From Octopus vulgaris (lineage: Eukaryota): DNA of 64,000 bases. The notes beneath the pieces are model-generated. The model had not been told where the DNA came from. It made no database searches and saw nothing but the letters and a program-made list of their open reading frames with translations. The stretch covers positions 22,568,001-22,632,000 of the forward strand of contig OX597837.1 of assembly GCA_951406725.2 (NCBI GenBank), written 5' to 3'. The stretch's first letter is position 1; every line of letters begins with the position of its first letter. The position numbers and the translations under genes were made by a program. This document shows positions 14,036 to 24,719 of the stretch, one piece after another.

Positions 14036-14464
14036 AAATTTAGGTTAGAGGGCTAGTTGAATACATTGGCCCTAGAGCATGACTGGTACTTATTTCATTG
14101 ACCCTAAAAGGGTGAAAGGCAACTAATCAACTAAAGTACTTATTTTTCTTTTTTTTTTCAAGCTTGGTACTTATTCAATTGGTATCTTTTGCTTAACCAC
14201 TAAGTTATGGGGACATAAACAAACCAACACTGGATGGTGGGGGACAAACACAGATACATATATATACAATGGGCTTCTTTTGGTTTCTGTCTACCAAATC
14301 CACTCACAAGGTTTTGGTTGGCCAGAAGCTATATTAGAAGAGATTTGCCCAAGGTGCCATGCAGTAGGACTGAACCTGGAACCATGTGATTGGGAAGCAA
14401 ACTTCTTACCACAGAGCCATACCTGCATCTCTAATAAAAATAATAATAGTACTCAAATATAAAC

Positions 14465-15756
14465 TCAAGTCGACTTCGGCAGAGTTTGAACTCAGAACAT
14501 AGAGATAGACAAAATGCTGCTTAGCATTTTGCCTGGCGTGCTAACAATTCCTATTTCTTTATTGGCCACAAGGGGCTAAACATTGAGGGGACAAACAAGG
14601 ACAGACAAAAGGATTAAGCTGATTACATCGACCCCAGTGCGTAACTGGTACTTAATTTATCGACTCCGAGAGGATGAAAGGCAAAGTCGACCTCGGCGGA
14701 ATTTGAACTCAGAACGTAACAGCAGACAAAATGCCGCTAAGCATTTCGCCCGGCGTGCTAACGTTTCTGCCAGCTCGCCGCCTTAGATATATTAATAACA
14801 AAACAGAAAAAGAACATTTACTTTTGGTTTGACTGTTGAAAGCTGTTCTGGAAGGAGTTGAAAGGGCAAATGGCTTTTGATCAGTCGAGGTGATTCCTTA
14901 GCAGCTATAGCAGGTAGTCCAGGATAAATATTTTCAAGAAAATGGAATCGTTGTTCAATGTTTTTCTCTTCTTCTTGTGAAATGTCAAGATCTGAATGGA
15001 TGAGGTAGACAATTTCTTGAACCCATGTAGTTCCTGGAAAAGACAAACCATTACACACATATATTTTAATAATAATAATAATAATAATAATGGTTTCAAA
15101 TTTTAGCACAAGGCCAGTAAGTTAGTGGGAGGGCATAAGTTGATAACATCAACCCCAGTGCTCAATATCTTGTTGATCCTGAAAGGAAGTAAGGCAAAAA
15201 TGACCTTGGCAGAATTCGAACTCAGAACGTAAAGACACATATTGTCACTAAGTATTTTAACCAGCATACTAATGATACTGCCAGCTCGCAGCCTTAATAA
15301 TAATAATAATTATAATCCTTCTTACTATAGGCACAAGGCCTGAAATTTGTGGGAGGGGCTAGTCAATTACCTCAACCCCAGTACTTGACTGGTGCTTATT
15401 TTATCAACCCTGAAAGGATTAAAGGCAAAGTCAACCTCAGTGGAATTTGAACTCACAACATAGCGACAGATGAAATGCCACTAAGCACTTCCCCTGATGT
15501 GTTAATGATTCTGCCAGCTTGTTGCCTTATATAATAATAATAATTCTTTCTACTATAGGTACAAGGCCTGAAATTTGTGGGAAGGGTGTAAGTTGATTAT
15601 GCCAACCCCAGTGCTCAACTGGTGCCTATTTCATTGATCCTGAAAGGATGAAAAGCAAAGCCAACCTTGGCGGAATTTGAACTCAGAATGTAGAGATGGA
15701 TGAAATGCTGCTAAGCATTTTGCCCAGCGTGCTAATAATTCTGCCAGCTTGCTGCC

Positions 15757-15806
<50 letters not shown>

Positions 15807-16062
15807 CATTTCTACTATAGGCACAAGGTCAGGAATTTAAGGGGAGGGGATAGTTGATCTCATCAAGCCCCAGTACTTGACTGGTACTTAATTTATTGAC
15901 CTTGAAAGGTGAAAGGCAAAGTTGACTGCAGTGGAATTTGAACTCAGAATGTAGAAGCAGACGAAATACTGCTAAGCATTTCGCCCAGCATACTACCGAT
16001 TCTGCCAGCTTGCCACCATAATAATAACAATAACAATAATAATAATAATAATAATAATAATA

Positions 16063-16108
<46 letters not shown>

Positions 16109-17820
16109 TCATCATCATCATCATCGTTTAACATCTGCTTTCCATGCTGGCATGAATTGGACGATTTGACTGAGGACTGGCAAGCCAGATGGCTGCACCA
16201 AGCTCCAATCTGATCTGGCAGAGTTTCTACAGCTGGATGCCCTTCCTAACACCAACCACTCCGAGAGTGTAGTGGGTGCTTTTACATGCCACCTGCACAA
16301 GGGCCAATCAGGCAGTACTGGCAATGGCCATGCTCAAATGGTGCTTTTTACATGCCACCTGCACAGGAGCAAGTCCAGCGGCACTGGCAACGACATCGCT
16401 TGAATGTTGTTTTCCATGTACCACTGGTACAAGTGCCAGTAAGGTGACACTAGTAACGATCAAACTCAAATAATCTTTTCTACTCTAAGTACAAGGCCTG
16501 AAATTTTTGGGGAGGAGGCCAGTCGATTAGATCAACCCCAGTATGCAACTAGTACTTAATTTATCAACCCTGAAAGGATGAAAGGCAAAATCGACCTTGG
16601 CGGAATTTGAACTTACGTCATAAAGACGGGAGAAATACCTATTTCTTTACTACCCACAAGGGGCTAAACACAGAGGAGACAAACAAGGACAGACAGACGG
16701 ATTAAGTTGATTATATCGACCCCAGTGTGTAACTGGTCCTTAATTTATCGACCCCGAATAGATGAAAGGCAAAGTCGACCTTGGCAGAATTTGAACTGAG
16801 AATGTAACGGCAGATGAAATACCGCTAAGCATTTTGCCCAGCATGCTAACGATTCTACCATTTCACTGCCTTAATAATAATAATAATAATAATGATCTTT
16901 TCTACTAAAGGCACAAGGCCTGAAATTGGTGGGGGGAGATAGTCAATTACATCAACCCCAGTACTCAACTGATACTTAATTTATCGACCCCAAAAGGATG
17001 AAAGTCAAAGTCGACCTTGGTGGAGGCATAAGGTATGAAATTTTGTTAAGGTGTAGGGTAGTCAATTATATTGACCTCAGTACCCAACCAGTATTTATTT
17101 TATTGACCAAGACAGAATGAAAAGTAAAGATGACCTTGTTGAAAGGTCAATAATTAAGGAGGTAAAAAAATTGATGAAATACCTATTTCTTTATTACCCA
17201 CAAAGGGGCTAAACACCGATGGGACAAACAAGGACAGATATAGGTATTAAGTCGATTACATCGACCCCAGTGCGTAACTGGTACTTAATTTATCGACCCC
17301 GAAAGGATGAAAGGCAAAGTTGACCTCGGCGGAATTTGAACTCACAATGTAACGCAGACGAAATACCGCTAAGCATTTCGCCCGGCGTGCTAACGTTTCT
17401 GCCAGCTCGCCGCCTTCTTGATGAAATACCACTAAGCATTTTGCCTGGCATGCTAATGATTCTTTCAGCTCACTGCCTTAATAATAGTAATTCTGAAATT
17501 TTGAGGGAGGGTGCTTGTTGATTACATTGACCCCAGTTTTCCACTGGTACTTATTTCATTGACCCCGAAGCATGAAATGCAATAGCAGAATATGAACCCA
17601 GAATGTAACGAGCTGCAAGAAATCCAACACATTTTTCAAATGCTATAATGTTTCTGCCAGCTTGTTATCTTAATGATGATAATGTTTCTGATTTTGGCAC
17701 AAGGACAGCAATTCTGAGGTGAAGGGACAAGATACTAACACAAAACTGATGCTTTAGTTTATTGACCCTGAAAGGATGACAGGTTAAGTCAACTACAATG
17801 GGATTTGAACTCATAGAGTT
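14465..17820 (-). repeat. Cluster/head-to-tail array of family B tRNA-like SINEs around sulfotransferase exon 2
   Basis: More than ten ~190-230-bp units (GGCGAGCTGGCAGAA...GAGTTCAAATTC...TTTCATCCTTTCGGGGTCGATAAA on the minus strand), many separated by (AAT)n. Confidence 0.85.
14822..15033 (-). CDS. Sulfotransferase exon 2
   Basis: Acceptor tttccag; GTTWVQEIVYLI...PRLIKSHLPFQLLPEQLSTVKPK; donor GTAAAT, phase 0. Confidence 0.95.
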
Positions 17821-17830
17821 AAGATTTGGA

Positions 17831-18214
17831 AGAGTGGCTGTGTGGTAAGTAGCTTGCTAACCAACCACATGGTTCCGGGTTCAGTCCCACTGCGTGGCAT
17901 CTTGGGCAAGTGTCTTCTGCTATAGTCCCGAGCCGACCAATGCCTTGTGAGTGGATTTGGTAGACGGAAACTGAAAGAAGCCTGTCGTATATATGTATAT
18001 ATATATAAGTGTGTGTGTGTATATGTTTGTCCCCCTAGCATTGCTTGACAACCGATGCTGGTGTGTTTACGTCCCCGTCACTTAGTGGTTCGGCAAAAGA
18101 GACCGATAAAATAAGTACTGGGCTTACAAAAGAATAAGTCCTGGGGTCGAGTTGCTCGATTAAAGGCGGTGCTCCAGCATGGCTGCAGTCAAATGACTGA
18201 AACAAGTAAAAGAG
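17831..18214 (+). mobile_element. SINE family A copy
   Basis: Near-identical to 2035-2450. Confidence 0.85.
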
Positions 18215-19277
18215 TATCACTTTAATGATTCTGCTAGCTCACTATTTACATACAAGGCCTGCAATCAGTATTTAATTGGTATTTTATTTTAATGAGAATA
18301 TTAGATAGTACCATCACGTCTGGCATGGGTTGGATGGTTTGACTGAGGACTGGCAAGCCAGAAGGCTGCACCAGGCTCCAATCTGATTTGGCAAGGTTTC
18401 TACAGCTGGATGTCTTTTCTAATGCAAACTACTCCGGGAGTGTAGTGGGTGCTTTTTACGTGCCACTGGTACCAGGTCCCAGTTGTTTGTTTTGGCATGG
18501 TTTCAACAGTTAGATGCTCTTCTTAACACCAACCACTTTACAGAGTAGACTGCTTACCTTCATGCGGTGCCGACACAGATGCTTTACATGTGAAGCCAAC
18601 ATTGTAGTTCTTTTACATGGTGCTGATACAGGCATTTTTTTTGCATGGCATCAATGGATTTAATTCTGCTTGAAGTGTTCTGTGGATATCAACTCCAGAA
18701 AAAAAATCCTCTCTATTACACTTCAGGTAATCTATTGTTATTTCCACTACAGCTTTAACAAACTGAATTCATACTATTTCACGAGTAAATAGTTCTTATT
18801 AGCGAGCTGTTAAAAAAAAAGAGGCGATGCTTCGGTATAGGTACACACGTGACTTTGTTTACATTTCTGAAGATTACAGAAACCCTTTCTCCCACCCCTA
18901 ACCCCAACTCCCCCATATATATAAAAAAACACTTTCTTGAAGATGTATCCGGTACTTACACAGGTACATATACCGAAGGTTCGCCAAAAAAGATTATATA
19001 GATATCTGATGAGAGGTACTGAACAATATATAGTGTATCAGCGTGTATGTGTGTGCGCAACCACAATGTTTAACCACTGGGGTCGATATAATCGACTTAC
19101 CCCTCCCCCAAAATTTGAAACTGATATTTCTGAAGGCGTTTTTTTTTCCAACTTTCTTATCCACCATTCTATGTGCATAATACGGAAGATTGCCGAAGTC
19201 ATCTTTCTAGAAATCGAAAGTGTGGGCAAACTACACCACGAAAACTTACGTTAATTACCTGACTGGAACCGACTTAC

Positions 19278-19806
19278 CTGACCGTGGCCAAGACACTACC
19301 CACACATCGTCTGGTCTAACGTCAAAGTCTCGAATCTTAGGTAAATCGTTTTCTAACATTGCGGGTAGGACAACCCCTTTGTATTGTATCAGTTTCTGTC
19401 GTCGACCGAAAGGTGCATCGTAATAAGTGTGAATATCATGAACATATTTTTTGTAAATAAGTTTCAGACGAGAAAACAAAATAGTGCCGAGGAGTAAAGC
19501 ACCAATGGTTATGGAAGCGTAAACCATGTAAATGATCCTTGGATCCATCTTTTCCTGAGAACTCTTTCTTCTGTAAGGTGGTGCCGGTTTCCACCTTGTC
19601 TGTTGGTGTCCCCGGGAAAACAAACCTTGTTGAGATGACGAACGTTTTGGCGTCAAACACGAAAGGGGTTGCACGAAAACACATGCATGAGGGCGTAAAG
19701 ATTGTGTTAAAACAGGGCGAAGTGAGACGGTGGGATTAAAACGAATCAAAGTGCCGAGTTGCCGGCTTAATAGTCGAGGAAGAAAGAAGGAGTTCATTAT
19801 TGACAT
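19278..19806 (-). CDS. Sulfotransferase exon 1 (N-terminal extension, hydrophobic helix, start of catalytic domain)
   Basis: ATG in AAACA-ATG context; encodes ...FDVRPDDVWVVSWPRS-G; donor G|GTAAGT, phase 1. An alternative start Met87 (ATG 19548-19546) is possible. Confidence 0.88.
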
Positions 19807-19945
19807 TGTTTTTGACTTTCACATGTGGGAAATTTTAGTTTTACCGCCGGAAGTTGAATAGATTCAAGGGAAATCACTCTGAACAAACTATCAAGAAATC
19901 ACCCTGAATAAACCACCCCAAGAAATAAAATTCCGGCAGAACTGA
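19807..19945 (-). promoter_or_regulatory. Putative proximal promoter/5' UTR of the sulfotransferase gene with an ETS-type site
   Basis: CCGGAAGT at 19847-19854, about 40 nt upstream of the ATG; exon 1 is visibly CpG-richer than the rest of the window. Confidence 0.4.
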
Positions 19946-20058
19946 GTTTTAACAGTTTAAAACATCTTTACGAACTCGATAAAAGTACCTAGTCCATTCT
20001 ATCATATACTTACTATAATTAATTACAAAAACAGTCTGTAACGAAAAGATAACTAATT

Positions 20059-20978
20059 TGGCATAACTACAGATGTGTACCCCATCCCTCATTTGTTGCC
20101 TCACAACTTCCTCTCTCTCTCTATTCGCTCAGCCGAAGTCGACTTTCGGTTACTTGATGGATCAGTGTCTTCCAGTCAGTTCTATCCTGGGCCGCTTCTT
20201 TCAGACTGGCTATGTCCATTCCGGTATCACTCTTGATGGTGGCAAGCCAGTGGGTTCTTGGTCGGCCTCTTCCTCTCTTGCCACTGACCATTCCGAGCAT
20301 GATGTCCTTCTCCAGGGATTCTCTCCACATAATATGACCGAAATATGCCAATCTACGCTTGGTGATCCCAGCTTCTAGCGACATTTTCGGCCTTATCTGC
20401 TTAAGTACTTCTCCATTGGTGAGCCTTGCTGTCCATGGAATCCGCAAAAGTCTTCTCCAACACCAAAGCTCGAATGCATTGATTCTCTTCATAACTTCCA
20501 GAAAATGGATATTTTTTAATGAAATTTTCAAATGCCGCTTAGATGCTGTAAATTCAGAGTATATAGGGATTCGTTGCAGAGAATTTTTACCGAGGGCTTT
20601 CGAAAAATTTTTTTTACCTTCATAGCTTTCAGGAAAATGGGTATTTTTAATGAAAGTTGATGCAGATACCTTTTAAACGGCATAGCTTACGGTTATAAAT
20701 TCCAACTTATGTGGTCTTCTTGATCCGAAACTTCTCCCCCTCATCCCGTCGGAAAAACATTTTTCCTACAAATTTCTTTATAATCGTAATCTATGCCGTT
20801 TGAAAGGTATTTGCATAAACTTTCATAAAAAGATACCCATTTTCCTGAAAGTTATGAGGGAAAAAAGTCGGGTTGTGTGAATTTTCCGAAACTCCTCCCC
20901 ACACCCCTTTGGAAAAATTTGTCTGGAAGTTATGAGGCAACAAAATCGGGAGTGGGGTACCCATCTGTAGTTATGCCA
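20059..20978. mobile_element. Foldback-like element with ~55-bp terminal inverted repeats and internal sub-repeats
   Basis: TGGCATAACTACAGATG...AACTTCC versus GGAAGTTATGAGG...CATCTGTAGTTATGCCA; a related partial copy lies at ~21031-21277. Confidence 0.7.
20110..20487 (-). mobile_element. RTE (BovB-like) LINE 3' fragment
   Basis: INAFELWCWRRLLRIPWTAR...YFGHIM...LEKDIMLG...RGRPR; (GA)n tail; nested in the foldback element. Confidence 0.85.
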
Positions 20979-21937
20979 CTAATTTTAACGTCTGCTGAAA
21001 TCACTATCTAACTTTTATGTATGGACCTTTTTTGGCATAACTACACAAGCGCACTCCTCTTCCGACTTTGTTTCCTCCTAACTCCCAGAAAAATTGATTT
21101 TTTTTTAAAGGAAATTTTCTACAAATAAGTTGCTGATGACGTACGTTCTGATTATACCGGATTTATTGTGAAAACATTTTCTGTGGGAGGGAAGAGGAGT
21201 TTCGGAAAATTTACACGAGTCAGTTTTGTTCCGTCTTAATTTTCAGAAAAATGGATACTTTTTGATGAAATTTTTTATAGGCATAAGAGTGGCTGTGTGG
21301 TAAGTAGCTTGCTTACGAACCACATGGTTCTGGGTTCAGTTCCACTGCGTGGCACCTTGGGCAAGTGTCTTCTACTATAGCCTTGTGAGTGGATTTGGTA
21401 GACGGAAACTGAAAGAAGCCCGTCGTATATATGTGTGTGTGTGTGTATATGTTGGTCCTTGTTAAGTTAGCTCTGGATGAAAACAGTGCACTGATTTTCC
21501 TCCATTTATCTGACAACAATGTGGAGATCTCAAATGATTTTATTGCTCTTTTGTCATTTTGTAATCTAATCATCATCTCCACTTTCTATTCTGGCATGGG
21601 TTGGATGGTTTGACTGAAGACTGGTAAACCGGGAGCTGCACCAGGTTCCAATCTGATTTGGCATGGTTTCTGTGGCTTGATGCCCTTCCTAACACCAACC
21701 ATTCCAAGAGTGTAGTGGGTGATTTTTATGTGCCATTGATGTGGCACTGGCATTGGCCATGATTATGATCTCACTTGGCTTGACAGGTCTTCTGAAGCAC
21801 AGCATATTGTCCAACATTCGAAGGGTACTTTTTACATGCCAGTTACACGACACTAGCATCGGCCACAAGTACGATATCACTTAACTTGAGAAGAGTGTTA
21901 AAATATATTATTTTCATAGTTTTTTGTACTTATTTAA

Positions 21938-22142
21938 ACCCTTTAGCATTCAGATTACTCTGTCAAATGTAATGCTTATTTATTCACATTGTTTTGAATT
22001 AATCATGCAGTGTTTGAATGATATGATTGTTTAATTTTAGAATGACATTGTAGGGTAGATGCAAAAAGTCATATCTGGCCAGTCTGAAAATAAAGCAGGT
22101 AGAATATTTGGGCCAGATATGGTCAGTTTAAATGTTAAAGGG
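21938..22142. mobile_element. piggyBac-type MITE family 2
   Basis: CCCTTTAGCATT ... AATGTTAAAGGG-TTA; related copies near 35722, 46726, 52868 and 58620. Confidence 0.75.
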
Positions 22143-22144
22143 TT

Positions 22145-22452
22145 AGAAAACAGCACAGCTCCCATGACTTTAGGAAACATTTTTTCATGCTGAGAGTTGC
22201 TGAAGCATGGAACAAACTGCCGGCATCAGTTGTTAGTTGTCGGAGCACTGCATCCTTCAAAACTTCCATGCTTTCTGAGATTCGCCAACACTACACCTGA
22301 TTTCCTCCCCTCCATACACACGCAAGCATGTATCTGACTCATGCATTGTTCGCTTTCCAGACATTTGTACATTACAGCATATACTTTATATGCACTTTCT
22401 GACAAGTTGTGGTGCACCTGAGCACTGTATACAATAATTTCATTATTATTAT
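22145..22452 (+). mobile_element. CR1/L2-type LINE 3' fragment (second family)
   Basis: FRKHFF.LRVAEAWNKLP; (ATT)n tail; inverse copy at 37503-37800. Confidence 0.8.
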
Positions 22453-24064
22453 TAAGTGTAAAAATTACTCTTAAGAAAATAAAATGAAAAAAAAAATTTT
22501 TTTGCCTATCAGTACACACAATCATGCAACATATTTTCTACCATTTAAAGGTTAATCAAAGAAATTAAAGAACAAAAACTTGTTTCAGAATGACATTTTT
22601 ATTAGGTGACAATAAATGCAGTTCTTTGGTAAAAATTTGATCAAATAGTCAAATGTGAAAAGTAGAATAAGATTAATTTAAATCTTTGGAAACACCAGTT
22701 ATTTTCCCCTTGACAAAGTGCATATTCATAATTTTTGACAGTTACATACAAGAAAATAAAATATCGCTAGACAAAACAATTTCTTTGTCAAATAGATTTC
22801 AATTTACATTTTTTCATTTATTATTAATTTTTAAACTTTAATCAGAGAGAAAAGTGGTGGGGGGTGAGGAGAAAAGAGTCAAATCTTCAATAAATATTCA
22901 CCCAGTAATCAATACTATGGCACAGATACTGCAAATAAATAATTTTGTTTTATGAAATACATCTTCAAAAATCCTTACCATTTCATTTGATATTGAAATT
23001 AAGTCAATGCTTTTACATATATATATATATGTAAACACACACACACATGCATGCACACTTACGCAATACACAAACATATATATCTCCTGTATGTCTTAGT
23101 TGTTTTGAATGGTGTTCAGTTTGTTATGTCGGAGCATGGCAGTGTAGCAACTATTCTTGTTCCAATGAACAAACAAGCTCAATAATCTCTATGGCAGTGT
23201 TTATAGTACGTTAAAGCTAAACATATCACTTGCTCCTGTCAAAAGATTTCTCTATCAAAACAACCAGAACAGCTGGTTTAGCACCAACAAAAAACAGTTA
23301 TCATCAAAAATTATGGTCCGTTTAAATATTTAATTTATTTCATGAATAACATAATGTTACATGGGGTCCTATTGTACAGTTTAAGGTAAAATACTTAAGA
23401 ATGAGAAACAAAGAAGAAAAAATTAAAACCAACAAAAAACAGAAATTTAGTACTTGCATAAGCTTCCTAGGTCTTATAATAGTCTAGACTGCTTGTGATA
23501 TAAATATCATACTGGATAGAACACAAATCCCATAGCAGGTAACATTCCTACATGCTCTATATCCACTATTACACAGCTAAGTGAAGTGAGAGGTAGAGTT
23601 GAGAATTTTGCTGCAGAGACACAAATACTGAAATATTGTCTGCAATGGGCAATGGACCCAAGATTTGGGGCTATAAAGTGTTCGTCACTGCATTACCCAA
23701 TCTACGATTTCAAGTCTAAAGCAGCTAAAAATTAAATGAATTAACTGAATTGAAAAGCTAGTAACAGCAGTAAGCAAATTTCATAATATACACAGACATT
23801 TCAAAAGTAAAGAGACACCTCTTATATATATATATATATGACACCTCTTATATATATATATATATGAACAACCACTGGTTTCATGTTAAAGAATACCTTA
23901 GCAATTATCAAGTCTACCACATGATACATTGGTATTTGCCACCATTTTGGATTAAATTTAATCCAAAATGGAGATGAACCCTAATATTCCATGTAATAGG
24001 CTTGATAATTGTTAAGGTATTTCTTAACATAAAAGCAATGGTAGCCTTACTACACAAATAAAGT

Positions 24065-24091
24065 ATTATACATACATATATATTTATATAT

Positions 24092-24124
<33 letters not shown>

Positions 24125-24195
24125 CATATACTCATATATATATATATACACACATATATACATATATATACACACACACACATATACATACTTAT

Positions 24196-24226
<31 letters not shown>

Positions 24227-24262
24227 CACACACACATATACACTCACAAACATATACATATA
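24065..24262. repeat. Compound (TA)n/(CA)n microsatellite
   Basis: Directly visible. Confidence 0.95.
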
Positions 24263-24719
24263 TTAATATCAGGAAACTGTAATTAATTAATTACTTTCAT
24301 GAAATGAATTCAGAAGACTGGGGGAGAAAAAAGAAAAACAAAAAAAAAAAAGTGCACTATTCACTGTAAGTGTGGTGTGTTTTTGTGTAATATTATAAAA
24401 CCTTACAAGCAATCCCCACCCTCCCAGGCACCGGGATATTCCATTCAATTTTTATTTTGTTTGTTTTGCTTTGTTGCTTTTGTTTTTTGTTGCAATAATA
24501 ATAATAATAATAATAATAATAGTAATAGTAATAATATTAATGATAATAGTAATATAATAGGCAGCCATAAGAAGTAGCGTTTCAGTGAAAGACGTCAAAG
24601 TTTGTGAAAGTGGAACATTTAATGATGTTCCCAGTAGAGAAGGTTGGCAATTTAAAAAAAAAAAAAGAAAAAAAAAGAAGAAAAGAAAAAGAAACAAAAA
24701 AAAACTCCAGCAATAGTAA

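Larger units (their letters stand above)
1290..19806 (-). other. Gene span: six-exon SULT-family (cytosolic-type, PAPS-dependent) sulfotransferase, 427 aa
   Basis: Exons of 529+212+127+98+184+134 nt = 1284 nt join in frame across GT-AG introns. Motifs: 5'-PSB WPRSGTTW, catalytic IKSHLP, 3'-PB RNPKDILISYY, YEDL, C-terminal RQGKVGDWK. Confidence 0.95.

Noticed and set aside
18930-19040. Two hammerhead-like strings (TTGAAGA...CGAAG and CTGATGAG...GAAC)
   Set aside because: GAAA is incomplete and the stems cannot all be formed; at most heavily decayed relics.
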